64,000 nucleotides of DNA, taken from Mobula hypostoma. Its lineage: Eukaryota. Shown in pieces: positions 39,901 to 53,253 of the stretch. Position numbers and translations under genes: made by a program. The notes under the pieces are model-generated. The model saw only the letters and a program-made list of their open reading frames with translations, searched no databases and was not told the origin of the DNA. The stretch is from the NCBI RefSeq assembly GCF_963921235.1, contig NC_086097.1, forward strand, positions 128,528,001-128,592,000. The letters run 5' to 3'. The stretch's first letter is position 1; each line of letters starts with the position of its first letter.

Positions 39901-41714
39901 GTTTTAAATAATATATTCCTGGTAGCAGTTTGGATAAATCCAATAGTATTGAATAATTAAATACTTTAATTTAATTCAATTAAATAAGTTTATACATTAG
40001 TGACCTTTGTTCTGGTCACCATTAAAATATGTTGGAGATAGGATTTATGGGATTTTGTACTGTATAATATGTTTAACAGCTTCATTATATAAAAGCAGTA
40101 ACTCTTTGTATTGATGCACTCTGAGACAATTTTTAGTAATGCTAGAAGGAATTAATATTTAGAAAGGCAACTCAAGAGATTGCAGATGCTGAAATTCTTG
40201 AGCATTAAACAGACTGCTGGAGGAACCAAAGAGCTCGAGCAGTATCTGTGGAGGAAAAGGGCTGTCAAAATATTGAGTAAAAACCCTGCATTAAGATTAA
40301 CATTAAGAGATTTTTGTCTGGATTTCAATTTTTCTGGCAAATGACACTTTCCCGAAGTATTAGATTGGATGCTTAAAGCCCTTTAAACTGTCTATATGAG
40401 CCTGGCTCAAGCTTATTGTTTGGATCTTAACCTCTCCTTGGATGGCTCAAAGGTAATGAGATAGTAAGTAACCAAGTGACACAATTCAACTGGTTAGTGC
40501 ACCATTTATTACCATGAACGTTTACTTATACACCATTGTGGTTATAATAGCAGAATCTGAAATCATTGACTGGATCCACAAACTCCAAGGGCAACTTTAA
40601 CCTGCTCCTGAAGTATCTTTGTATAAGAATGTAGCTTTATAACGAAACATCAATGTATTGGAGCATTGTGTTGGATGGTGTCAGTCCATCCACCGCAGTG
40701 TTCCACAGTTATCATTTCTCACTTGCCCAGGTAAGCAAGCATCACCTCCCAGAAACCAGATGTACACCCAGGATACATGCATGTTCAAACAACTAACTAG
40801 GATGGGCATGCACATCGTGGCCAACATTACTGATTATACAAACCCTAATTCTATAGGTCTTGCTTTGGGTGAACTTTGAGGACAACTGCAAGTTAACCAA
40901 AATTTAAGCCATTTATCTTGTCAGTTTTTTCACTTTTACTGCCAAGAGAACTCCAAGTATACTGACAAACAGTGGATTCCAACATAGGTAGCAAATGTTA
41001 TACTAATAAATGCAATTCATTAAACTGCTTGGAGCTGAATTTATATCCAGTGCAATACCATAAAGAATTCAGAGGATTGGGGCAGTAGACTTAGATCCAT
41101 TTCAACAAGAGTTTTTTTTTTGTATATTTATAACTGCAGGGATTAAAACAAGGGACTTGGTCAATATTTATTCCTCAGTCAACATGCTCAAGAACAGATT
41201 ATCGATTGATCATTATTACAAGGCTGTTTATGGGAACTTGCTCTACACAATTCAGCTACCAAGTTTACTCTCTTACAACAATGACTGTGTTTCAAATGCA
41301 CTTTATTAGGAGTAGAGGAGTAGACGATGTCCAGAGCCAGAGAAGGAAAGAAGGGAACCCTGGAGATTAACTGTGATTTTCCTTCAACCAGCATCAACCC
41401 TTTGACAATCTGATAAATATCCCAATCCTGAATTAAGGAGCAGCAAATTAAGATCTCTGTGCTTGTTTAAATTCTACACTTAGATATTTTGAATAAAATC
41501 TTCTGGGGAAGGAGTGTGAAAAGTATCTCGAAATGCAAGACTTTTTCACATGTTCTTACGTTAAGCCATTCGCAATTCAGATGTACTTGGATGTACTCTT
41601 TTGTGTCTTGCAGAAGTTTCTAACTAGTGAGGCTTTATAGTTGTTTGGTTTTTAACAGTTTTGAGTCCATTCAGGAGATTTTCTTGTGACAAACTTTAGT
41701 TTGAACTACTCCAT

Positions 41715-42190
41715 TGAATTATTTTCTGTATAAAGATTAGCTTTATTTGTCATATGCACATCAAAGCATTGAAACATGCTGTGAAATGCATCGTATACAT
41801 CAAATCAAGTCAGCGAGGATGGTGTTGGGCAGCCCACAAGTGTCACCATGCTCCGGGCACAAACATAGAAAATAGATATCTACAGCACATTACAGGCCCT
41901 TCGGCCCACTGTGTTGTGCTGGCCCTGTAACCTACTCTAGAAACTGCCTAAAATTACCCTAGCACATAGCCCTCTATTTTTCTAAGCTCCATGTACCTAT
42001 CTAAGAGTCTCTTAAAATACCCTATTGTACCCATAACATTGCAACATGCAAGTCACTAACCCTTTGGAATGTAGGAGGAACCTGGAGCAATCAGGTCCCA
42101 GGGAGAACTTGCAAACATCTTACAGACAGTGGTGGGAATTGAACCCCAATCTACAGCTGCTGAGGTAAAGTGTTGCACTATGCTGCCACG
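41715..42190 (-). mobile_element. Mosaic of Rex1-like tail, CR1-type tail and SINE remnants
   Basis: ACAGGCCCTTCGGCCCAC CR1-type tail; GGGAATTGAACCC reverse B-box. Confidence 0.6.
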
Positions 42191-43769
42191 CATTCCCACT
42201 GTTTTATTTAGCGGCATTTACTGGTAAACGAGCGAGACATTACTCTCATGAACCATTTGTAGTAGAATCCGAAATTAGAGTTCAAAATTTCTCTTATTTT
42301 CTCTGCTTTTTTGGTGAATACACATTGGAACTGCCCAAGGCATAGAAAACTTCTGCTGCCTTGTTTAGCAAGACATACTCAAGACTTGAGTGTGTACACA
42401 TTTATCTTGGATGTTCTATTATATCTGGGATTACTAACTTGTGAGATTACCACAAAAGGAGTTGAGTTATGGATTTTGTTGTACTGCATTGTGGCACAGG
42501 GAGTAATAGACAGAACTTGCTGAAAATAGTTTACAGTTGACTCTATTTCACTTTACAGTCCGTCTTTGAAAAGAAGCCAGGAGAATGTCCTTGATGGTAT
42601 ATTTGACACAGTACAATCAAGTACACTCAAGGGCTTTGCAATGCACTTTAAATCACAGGAGAAGCAAGTTTCACTTACGGAAGGGACTCTGATACATTGA
42701 GCAGTCTCCTTAGTATACGGTTGCATCTGACCAAGGAGGCAGAGCATCAACTATGGATAGGGAATAGACTCTGGTTGTGTTTGTGCCACCCACATTCTGA
42801 AAGTCAAGTTATGTAATTTCTGCCTGATGGGAGAGGGGAGAGGAGACGAGGACTGGAGTGGGAGGAATCCTTGGTTATGGAACACTTCTCTGTAGGTGAG
42901 GAGTTTTATGGAGTAGACTAAGAAACCAAAAAAAAAGGGAAATTTGCTGAATGAGCCAAGGTTAAAAAAAAAAGGTGAAAGGAAGCTCATGTAAAACAGG
43001 AACATGGACATTAAGAATGACCAGTTCCTGCCATAAGTTCAAGAAACCAATAAAATAATGGAACGTAACAGCTGTGAGCCATTCAGTGGGAAGATAAAAC
43101 TCTACACTCTCTGTTGAAGGTCAGCATGGATACAAATGACTGACAAATAAAAGGGAAGTGAATAAGGAGCTGGGAGGAGTGGTCGACTGCTGTATCAATA
43201 AACAGTGGCAAATATATGGACTAGAAACGTCCACTAAAAGCCCCACAAATGGTTTTATGTGCTTTTACAGTCAAATATTGAGCAAAATGATTCCTTGAGA
43301 CACAATGTTTTAAGTAGATTTTCTGTTTGAGATATCTCACTTGGATACTGGCTCCCCTGCCATGCTTGCAGTATTTATATGTTTTTAATATGATTTCCTA
43401 CACTCCAGACATTCTCCAGTTCCCATATACACAAACACGTCCTTTGAGAATGCATTTGCAACATCAGTGCACAAAGTGGCAGGAAAATCAGTTCCTTCTG
43501 AAAGGTGGAGGTCCACATCAGCAGCCACTGCTCTTTACATCCTCCAAGTGAATCACAAAACTTCCTGAATGACATGAAAAAAAATCACCTTCGTCAAACT
43601 AATTGAGGTTATATCTGACGTTGTTGCTTGCATGTTTGAGCTTGATGCAATAGAAATGTTGAATGCATTTCCTGTTCCCTTGACATGAAACATTAACTCT
43701 TTCTATCAGTGCTGCCTGACCAGCTGAATGGTTGCTGTAGCAATGGAAATGGTTGATAGTTCTCAATAA

Positions 43770-44735
43770 TCATGTGGCTGAGTTTCCCCTACTCTTAATC
43801 ATTCTTCTGGACTTTCTCAATGGAAGTGTGCAATAGGAATATTTGATCGTCATGACATACTGTGAAGAGTCTTTTTACCTCTACAGTCAAAGCCCCAAGG
43901 ACATCTTTGATATGAAACTCTTCCCATCCTGTCACACGCAAGGATTCTACCGCCTTTTCTTGGTTTCTCTGTTCAGCCACATCTGTTTTTGTGATGAAGT
44001 TTTCGACTGCAGGACATCTGAGATATCCTCCTTTTTCAGAAAATACGGTTTCCCTCGCAATGCTGTTGATGGGCCCCTCAACTACATCTCCTGTAATTCC
44101 TGCATTTCTGCCTCGCTGCAGGCATAACAGAATTCTCTAATTTTCATGTACCACCCCCAACACATCAATCTTCGCAGCTTCCGTCATCTACAACGGGATT
44201 CCACCACCAGGCACGACTTCCCCTCCCCTCCCCCCTCCACTTCCCTTAGGATTCACTCTCTCCATAAAATTCTTGTCCACTCATGACTCCCCACAGATCC
44301 CATTCCCTTACCACACCTGCCCCTACACTTTCACCTTTGCCATAATCCAGGGCCTGAAACATCCCATCCAGGTGAAGCAGCTTTTCACAGGTGAATCTTA
44401 TGGTGTTATTTATTGCACCTGCATTGGTCTAGTGATCTGAAGGTCGCTAGTTCGAGCCTCATCTGAGGCAGCGTGTTGTATCCTTGAGCAGGGCACGTAA
44501 CCACATATTGCTCTGCGATGACACCGGTGCCAAGCTGTATTGGCCCTAGTGCCCTTCCCTTGGACAACATCAGTGGCATGGAGAAGGGAGACTTGCAGCA
44601 TGGGCAACTGCCGATCTTCCATACAACCTTGCCCAGGCCTGTGCCCTGGAAAGCTTCCAAGGCACAAATCCATGGTCTCACAAGACTAATGGATGCCTAT
44701 ATAAGAAGCTCCTGTTGTGGTCTTCTCTACATCCT
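43770..44735 (+). mobile_element. Old PLE RT-thumb/EN fragment interrupted by a tRNA-derived SINE (~44420-44702)
   Basis: RTSEISSFFRKYGFP; PLE reads TATTGCACC / GCTCCTGTTGTGGTCTTCTCTACAT across the insert; insert has B-box AGTTCGAGCC and a TCCTTGAGCA core. Confidence 0.75.
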
Positions 44736-45064
44736 CCCTTTTGATATGAACCTGTCAGGTGATGATGTCTTTATTAGATCCCAATGTACTTACGCTGCAA
44801 AAGAACACATTTCACAATATATACCAGTGATATTAAATCTGATTCTGATCAGGTTTACTTCTGACTCCCACAGGTCTCTGAGGAGTGTCAGCGAGCCAAC
44901 TCGAAGTTCCAGGTAATTTCAGGAAGAGCCTCCCACTTATAAATATTCCATTCCCAAACTTCACTGCTGCATTCCCTTCTTATATCAAGTGAGGCATCTA
45001 CAGATTCTTATCCACCCTGCTGGGTGAAGCTTGGTTTTCTTTTTAATGCAATTCGAAGGATCTA

Positions 45065-45134
45065 CAGTACTGAGCAAATGTCTTAGACACATACTGTATA
45101 TATAGCTAGGGTGCCTAAGACTTACACAGTATTG
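45065..45134. mobile_element. 70-bp Tc1/mariner-like MITE
   Basis: TA-CAGTACTG..TCTTAGACAC / GTGCCTAAGA..CAGTATTG-TA. Confidence 0.75.
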
Positions 45135-45292
45135 TAAGCTGTTTTTCAAGTAATTTCCTGCGTGGGTTAATTTTGATTTGATCTGAAGCACACGGTAGAA
45201 AGACATCCATCTCCATCCTCTTTATTTTCCCTGAAACAGCAATATCCGCGAATCTTAAGGTTTTGTTAATATTGGCAAACATTTAGTAGATA

Positions 45293-45364
45293 CAGTCCTG
45301 TGAAAAAGTCTTTGGCACTCTAACTATATATACTGTATGTGCCTAAGACTTTCTCACAGAACTG
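45293..45364. mobile_element. 72-bp Tc1/mariner-like MITE, same family
   Basis: TA-CAGTCCTGTGAAAAAGTCTTTGGCAC / GTGCCTAAGACTTTCTCACAGAACTG-TA. Confidence 0.8.
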
Positions 45365-45419
45365 TATATAATTGAACTTATTTTCCCAGTGATGCGCAGT
45401 GAAATTTTGGAGATGAAGG

Positions 45420-46540
45420 CAGACTTGGATGTCTACCATTTTGGTCATCCTGATATAGAAAGAAGTTATTAAAATAGAAAAATATTTACCAGGATCTTAT
45501 CTGAACCTGGAGGCCAGAGTTACAAAATGTTATGTAGACATCTTTATAGCTGGACTGTAGGAAATTGTAGAGTAACCTGATACCTATTGAATATTGAAAG
45601 GCCTAGATACAGTGGGCATGGAGTTTCCTGCAGTCTAGGACTAGAGGACAGAGCCTCCGAATAGAAAGATGTCCCTTTGGAACACAGATGAGGAGGAATT
45701 TCTTACGGCAGAGGGTATGGGACCCGTGGAATTCTTTGCCACCTGATGGCTGTGGAAACCAAATATTTGGGTATATTTGAAGTTGAAGTTGATAGGTTCT
45801 TGATTCATAAGGGCATCGAAGGTTACAGAGAGAAGACCATGAATGGGGTTGAGAGGAAAAATAAATCAGCCATGATCAATGGCAGAACAGACTCGATGTA
45901 CTGAATAGCCCAATTCTGCTCCTAAGTCTTATGGTCTTATGATATAAGAGAGGCATAGACAGAGTGAAAGTTTTTTTCTTAGGGAGGAAGTGCTAAGGGA
46001 AAGAGGGCATAAACTTAAGATCAGAGGCAAGAGATTTAAAAAGGGTATCAGAGGCACAGGGTGGTGTCAATTTGGAAATAGTGATTGAGGTGGACACATT
46101 ATCAACATTTAATTCCCATCTAACTAAGTACATGAATAGGAGAGGTTTAGAGTGCTGAGAGCCAAGTGCAGGCTGATGGAACCAGCTCATTGGACAAAGG
46201 ATGAGTTGGGCCAAAGGCCCTGTTCCCGTCTTGTATGAACCTTTGTCTCATGGTCATTACTGGACTCTCCTGAACATCTGTATCTTGGGTCACAGCAGTC
46301 TCTATGGCAACCAGGTAAAAGCCATATAAAAGGATACAAATCTCAATCAGGATCTTCTTCTGGAAGCTGGAGGAGCAGAGACAGAAACAATGACACTTAA
46401 AAGACACTTGGACAGATACATGAATAGGAAAGTTTTAGTGGGACATGGGCCAAACACGGGAAATGGACAAGCTTAAATGGACACTCTGGTGAGCATGAAC
46501 AGGTTGGGGCAAGGGCCCTGTCTCATTGACTCTATGATTC
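45420..46540 (+). mobile_element. Three stacked CR1 3'-end fragments
   Basis: Tails ending at ~45940 (GTCTTATG)n, ~46237 and ~46540. Confidence 0.72.
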
Positions 46541-46599
46541 TAAGAGAACTGCCAGTCTCTTAATTCAGCAGGCCAGGCAGCATCTCTAGGAAGAGGTAC

Positions 46600-46635
46600 A
46601 GTCGACGTTTCAGGCCAAGACCCTCCGTCAGGACT
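46600..46635 (-). ncRNA. Hammerhead motif with one core substitution
   Basis: Minus strand AGTC-CTGACGG-AGGGTCTTGGCCT-GAAACGTC-GACT. Confidence 0.72.
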
Positions 46636-47238
46636 AACTGAAGGAAGAGTTAGTAAGAGATTTGAAAGTGGGAGGGGGAGGGGGAGATCCAAAATGATAG
46701 GAGAAGACAGGAGGGGGAGGGATGGAGCCAAGAGCTGGACGGGTGATTGGCAAAAGGGATATGAGAGGATCATGGGACAGGAGGTCCAGGGAGAAGGAAG
46801 GGGGGGGCGGGAAACCCAGAGGATGGGCAAGGAGTATAGTCTGAGGGACAGAGGGAGAAGAAGGAGAGAGAGAGAAAGAATGTGTGTATAAAAATAAATA
46901 ACGGATGGGGTACGAGGGGGAGGTGGGGCATTAACGGAAGTTAAAGCCCCACCTCCCCCTCGTACCCCATCCGTTATTTATTTATATACACACATTCTTT
47001 CTCTCACTCTCCTTTTTCTCCCGCTGTCCCTCTGAATATACCTCTTGCCCATCCTCTGGGTCGCCCCCCCCCTTGTCTTTCTCCCTGGACCTTCTGTCCC
47101 ATGATCCTCTCATATCCTCTTTGCCAATCTCCTGTCCAGCTCTTGGCTCCATCCCTCCTCCTCCTGTCTTTTCCTATCATTTTGGATCTCCCCCTCCCCC
47201 TCCCACTTTCAAATCTCTTACTAATTCTTCCTTCAGTT

Positions 47239-47274
47239 AGTCCTGACGAAGGGTCTCGGCCCGAAACGTCGACT
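47239..47274 (+). ncRNA. Minimal type I hammerhead ribozyme motif, fully intact
   Basis: AGTC-CTGACGA-AGGGTCTCGGCCC-GAAACGTC-GACT: CUGANGA and GAAA boxes, GUC triplet, palindromic ACGT stem III. Confidence 0.9.
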
Positions 47275-48647
47275 GTACCTCTTCCTAGAGATGCTGCCTG
47301 GACTGCTGCGTTCACCCGCAACTATGATGTGTGTTGCTTGAATTTCCAGCATCTACAGAATTCCTGTTGTTTGAGTCTCTCAATTTGCCTCCTGCTCCAT
47401 CCTGTTGCCTACTCTGATCTACCCCTCAGCTAGACCTACTTCAGATTGTTGCCAACAAGATAAGTGACGTTCTGCAACCTTTCTGCAAACATTTAATCTG
47501 AGTCTGTTCCCTAAAGTCTGGCCCACTCCTACATTCACTCCTATATTTGCCATGTATTTTCTGTCTGTGACTGAGGTGATCTCAACTTTACCCACCCCAC
47601 TAGCAATTAACCGCCAAAAATTGTGGCAAAGCTGGTGAGGTTAAAATGAGCCCTTATCTTGGTGACACATATGCCAGTAGATTCAGGAAGCCACATACAA
47701 TTTTGAATTTAAAACTGGATTGAAGATTATACTTTCGTATGCATTGAGACCTGTCTCTCGGAGGTTAAAGGCAATCTTCTTTACTCTGGACTTTAGACAA
47801 AACCATGCTACTGAATGGCCCCCAGTCAAAGTAGACTAGATTCCATACTTGTTTCTTTCTGTAGACAGGCCTGACTCAAATCTTAAATATGCCTTTCTTT
47901 GAGTAAATCAGATAATTACTAGACAAACATCATTTGACAGGTGCCCTCTGGAAAGAATTACATTCCTGCATATGAACTACTATTTAAATTAAAATGCTTA
48001 AGAATAAAGCAAATATCCATCTCTTCGACCTGATACTTATTTTGTGGATTTATCTGTTATTTCGTTTGTAGAACCAGCTCTTTGATAATAACTTCCTGTT
48101 TTCTTTCTAGTTTAAACATGACTAATGCAGCAAAATTTAATAAGTGCTTCATGATGATGTATCAGTTCCCAGTACAAGAGCTGAGGGATGCATTATAACC
48201 TCTTGGATGTTTAAGTTATGACCTTTCTGTGGAAAATAAACATTGCACTTTGATTTCAATCTAAGGTCCTAATAGCACCAGTATGATTATTTTCACCCAG
48301 AAAAAAGAGGGACAACATAATCAGCCACATTATCAGAGAAGTGTAACCCTTTCAAAGCAGCAGGAGCAAAATTCATAAATGCTTTGTGATGGAATGAAAG
48401 GTCACATTTTGCAACTCACCTTCTCACTGTTTATTATAGAGATACAGCACAACATGGAAGTAGGCCCATTGGCCTATCAAGTCAATGCTGACCATCAACC
48501 ACGTATTTTTACACAAATCCTAACCTAAGTAAGTCCTTTTCTTCTCCTTGCATTCCCATCATCTCTCCAGATTCTATGATTTCTCGTCTGTCTTTGGATT
48601 GAAGGAGGAAACCAGAATCCTAGAGGACACAGGGAGAATGTGCAAAC

Positions 48648-49080
48648 TCCAAACAGCCTCCTGGGTGCCAGGGTCCAGGATGTCTCTGACCGGGTGCACG
48701 ACATCCGGGTACGAGAGGGAAAGCAACCAGCAGTCGTGATACATGTTGGTACCAACGACATAGGCAGGAAGAGGGATGAGGTCCTGAAGTATGAGCTTCG
48801 GGAACTAGGCAGAAGGCTGAAGAACAGGACCTCAAGCGTGGCGTTCTTAGGATTGCTGCCAGCGCTATGTGACAGTGATGGTAAGAATTGGAGGAGATGG
48901 CAGTTGAATGCGTGGCTGAGGAGTTGGTGCAAGGAGCAGGGTTTTAGATTTTTGGGTCATTGGGATTTCTTCTTGGGAAAGTGGGACCTGTACAGATTGG
49001 ATGGGTTGGACCTGAGCTCGAGGGGGAGAAATATCCTTGCAAGTAGGTTTGCTAGCATGGTTCGGGATGGTTTAAACTAA
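48648..49080 (+). pseudogene. CR1 ORF1 C-terminal SGNH/GDSL esterase domain (5'-truncated)
   Basis: VIHVGTNDIG..NAWLRSWC..GFRFLGHWD..YRLDGLDL (usual DGLH altered). Confidence 0.88.
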
Positions 49081-49124
49081 TTTGCAAGGGGAATGGGACC
49101 TGGAGCGAGAGAGCAGTAGAAGAA

Positions 49125-52009
49125 GTGCATGGAGTAAAGCCAGATCTAATATATAGAGAGGCTTTGAGGAAAGAGAAGCAGAATAAACGGTGTAAAGGTA
49201 GTAAGGTAGAAGGGCTAAAGTGTGTGTACCTCAATGCAAGAAGCATCAGGAACAAAGGTGATGAACTGAGAACTTGGATACATACATGGAATTATGTTGT
49301 AGTGGCCATTACAGAGACTTGGCTGGCACCAGGGCAGGAATGGATTCTCAATATTCCCGGATTTCAGTGCTTTAAAACGGATAGAGAGGGCGGAAAAAGG
49401 GGAGGAGGGGTAGCATTACTGGTCAGGGATACTATTACAGCTACAGAAAGGGTGGGTAATGTAGCAGAATCCTCTTTTGAGTCAGTATGGGTGGAAGTCA
49501 GGAACAGGAAGGGAGCGGTTACTCTATTGGGAGTATTCTATAGGTCCCCTGGTAGCAGCAGAGATACAGAGGAGCAGATTGGGAGGCAGATTTTGGAAAG
49601 GTGCAAAAATAGCAGGGTTGTTATCATGGGTGACTTTAACTTCCCTAATATTGATTGGCACCTGATTAGTTCCAAGGGTTTAGATGGGGCAGAGTTTGTT
49701 AAGTGTGTCCAGGACGGATTCCTGTCACAGTATGTGGACAGGCCGACCAGGGGGAATGCCATACTAGATCTAGTACTAGGTAATGAGCTGGGTCAGGTCA
49801 CAGATCTCTCAGTGGGTGAGCATCTGGGGGACAGTGACCACCGCTCCTTGGCCTTTCGCATTATCATGGAAAAGGATAGAATCAGAAAGAACAGGAAAAT
49901 TTTTAATTGGGGAAGGGCAAATTATGAAGCTATAAGGCTAGAACTTGCGGGTATGAATTGGGATGATGTTTTTGCAGGGAAATGTACTATGGACATGTGG
50001 TCGATGTTTAGAGATCTCTTGCAGGATGTTAGGGATAAATTTGTCCCGGTGAGGAAGATAAAGAATGGTAGGGTGAAGGAACCATGGGTGACAAGTGAGG
50101 TGGAAAATCTAGTCAGGTGGAAGAAGGCAGCATACATGAGGTTTAGGAAGCAAGGATCAGATGGGTCTATTGAGGAATATAGGGAAGGAAGAAAGGAGCT
50201 TAAGAAGGGGCTGAGAAGAGCAAGAAGGGGGCATGAGAAGGCCTTGGCAAGTAGGGTAAAGGAAAACCCCAAGGCATTCTTCAATTATGTGAAGGAAAAA
50301 AGGATAACAGGAGTGAAGGTAGGACCGATTAGAGATAAAGGTGGGAAGATGTGCCTGGAGGCTGTGGAAGTGAGCGAGGTCCTCAATGAATACTTCTCTT
50401 CGGTATTCACCAATGAGAGGGAACTTGATGATGGTGAGGACAATATGAGTGAGGTTGATGTTCTGGAGCATGTTGATATTAAGGGAGAGGAGGTGTTGGA
50501 TTTGTTAAAATACATTAGGACGGATAAGTCCCCGGGGCCTGACGGAATATTCCCCAGGCTGCTTCACGAGGTGAGGGAAGAGATGGCTGAGCCTCTGGCT
50601 AGGATGTTTATGTCCTCATTGTCCACGGGAATGGTACCGGAGGATTGGAGGGAGGCAAATGTTGTCCCCTTGTTCAAAAAAGGTAGTAGAGATAGTCCGT
50701 GTAATTATAGACCAGTGAGCCTTACGTCTGCGGTGGGAAAGCTGTTGGAAAAGATTCTTAGAGATAGGATCTATGGGCATTTAGAGAATCATGGTCTGAT
50801 CAGGGACAGTCAGCATGGCTTTGTGAAGGACAGATCGTGTCTAACAAGCCTGATAGAGTTCTTGGAGGAGGTGACTAGGCTTATAGATGAGGGTAGTGCA
50901 GTGGATGTGATCTACATGGATTTTAGTAAGGCATTTGACAAGGTTCCACACAGTAGGCTTATTCAGAAAGTCAGAGGGCATGGGATCCAGGGAAGTTTGG
51001 CCAGGTGGATTCTGAATTGGCTTACCTGCAGAAGGCAGAGGATTGTGGCGGAGGGAGTACATTCAGATTGGAGGTTTGTGACTAGTGGTGTCCCACAAGG
51101 ATCTGTTCTGGGACCTCTACTTTTCGTGATTTTTATTAACAACCTGGATGTGGGGGTAAGAAAGGTGGGTTAGCAAGTTTGCAGATGACACAAAGGTTGA
51201 TGGTGTTGTAGATAGTGTAGAGGATTGTCAAAGATTGCAGAGAGACATTGATAAGATGCAGAAGTGGGTTGAGAAGTGGCAGATGGAGTTCAACCTGGAG
51301 AAATGTGAGCTGGTACACTTTGGAAGGAGAAACTCCAAGGCAGAGTACAAAGTAAATGGCAGGATACTTGGTAGTGTGGAGGAGCAGAGGGATCTGGGGG
51401 TACATGTCCACAGATCCCTGAAAGTTGCCTCACAGGTAGATAGGGTAGATAAGAAAGTTTATGGGGTGTTAGCTTTCATAAGTCAAGGGATAGAATTTAA
51501 GAGTCGCGATGTAATGATGCAGCTCTATAAAACTCTGGTTAGGCCACACTTGGAGTACTGTATCCAGTTCTGGTCACCTCACTATAGGAAGGATGTGGAA
51601 GCATTGGAAAGGGTACAGAGGAGATTTACCAGGATGCTGCCTGGTTTAGAGAGTATGGATTATGATCAGAGATTAAGGGAGCTAGGGCTTTACTCTTTGG
51701 AGAGAAGGAGGATGAGAGGAACACATGATAGAGGTGTACAAGATAATAAGAGGAATAAATAGAATGGATAGCCAGCACCTCTTCCCCAGGGCACCACTGC
51801 TCAATACAAGAGGACATGGCTTTAAGGCAAGGGGTGGGAAGTTCAAGGGGGATATTAGAGGAAGGTTTTTTACTCAGAGAGTGGTTGGTGCGTGGAATGC
51901 ACTGCCTGAGTCAGTGGTGGAGGCAGATGCACTAGTGAAGTTTAAGAGACTACTAGACAGGTATATGGAGGAATTTAAGGTGGGGGGTTATATGGGAGGC
52001 AGGGTTTGA
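49125..52009 (+). pseudogene. CR1 ORF2 (APE endonuclease and reverse transcriptase), two +1 frameshifts
   Basis: [54 protein letters not shown] at 51178-51189 in the next frame; second shift near 51722. Confidence 0.95.
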
Positions 52010-53253
52010 GTGTCGGCACAGTATTGTGGGCCAAAGGGCCTGTAATGTGCTGTACTGTTCTATGTTCTATGTAAAAACATACTTTGGGGTTGAACCCAAG
52101 TCTTTGGAGCTGTGATGTAGCAGCTCCATTAGGTGTACCACAGTGTTTCCAATATTGGGATAGGTCGGAGCTATTTCTGACAGTGCCATGTTACTGACCC
52201 CCTGACTCTTGGTAGATCAGTCTGAGGAATAAACCAAGTCGATAAGGTAGTTGGGAACAGCCTTCTCTTTCCTGGTGAAGAAGGAGCTACTCACTATTGC
52301 CTTACAGGGCATCCTGCAAACTGACAAAAGGCCATGATATCAAAGTCAGCAAGTTCAAAGAAATAAAGACCATGACACTTTATGTGCTTGGAAGAGTCTG
52401 ATCGATTGGCCTTTCACCCTACTGTTCATTTATTTGATTCTGGGAAAGCTTAAGAATTAGAAGATGTTAAACAGTGCCATTCCCTAATTTTATTTCATAA
52501 CATTTAGTTTTAGCCAACTCTTAATTCATTCACAATAAATCAGAAAGATCATTTGACAATGTAATGAGAGATCACTCATAGGCTTTTAGGTGCCTCAAAT
52601 CTAAACCCCTTTAAGCAAAAAGAGCTCTATTCCCATGACAACATGTCGGCTTCATTTTTTTAGCACCACATGAAAAGTTTTCTGATTAGTCCCCCAAGTC
52701 AGTAACTCTGGTTCTTTTATATATTGGTATGAGCTGTAAAATATAGTTTGATAATGTACATTGAGAAACATTGGGTTTGAGACCGTTTTCCCCACATACG
52801 CTAAAGTAGTTTGAAGTTGAATGGGAGTAATTTCAATAAGATATTCTTACAGTGAAGCTATTACCTGTTCCATCAGCCTCACTAAAAAGGAAGAATGGAA
52901 AATCCCAACAGAGTCAGGCTGAATACTATCACTGCTTCAAAGAAGCTCTTTGTTAAAGGGGATACTTCAGCCTTTGACTCCTCCATTAGGATATTCAAGG
53001 CATCTGATTCAGATGCCCAAAGAATGGCCTTGGTAACTTCAGCAGATGTCCTGGAGTAGGTTAGGAACAGACCACCCAACAGCAGAATTGGTATACTTTG
53101 TCCCATTTTATTCACAGGAAACTCAAGCTCATCACACCAAATTCTACCTCCTTGTTCTTTTTTACTGCAATTTAAAATTAAGACAATTTCAGGCTGGTCA
53201 AGTGCCTGGAAAAGTTCTGGAACAGTGCCAGGAACTGTTTAAAGAAAAATAGG

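Larger units (their letters stand above)
46566..47373. mobile_element. 808-bp hairpin made of two inverted PLE pseudo-LTRs, ~12-bp TSD
   Basis: Arms 46566-46935 and 46940-47308 around a GGAA loop; AGTCTCTTAATT (46554-46565) / AGTCTCTCAATT (47374-47385). Confidence 0.92.
48648..52072 (+). mobile_element. Young CR1 LINE, 5'-truncated within ORF1, inserted into a minus-strand SINE
   Basis: ORF1 remnant, ORF2 and (TGTTCTA)n tail; SINE halves at ~48445-48647 and ~52073-52145. Confidence 0.95.

Noticed and set aside
42556..42750. Exon after a TTTACAG acceptor-like site
   Set aside because: Early stop, no clear donor, no recognisable protein.
48641..52079. TSD for the young CR1
   Set aside because: Only AAACA is shared between the flanks; too short to trust.
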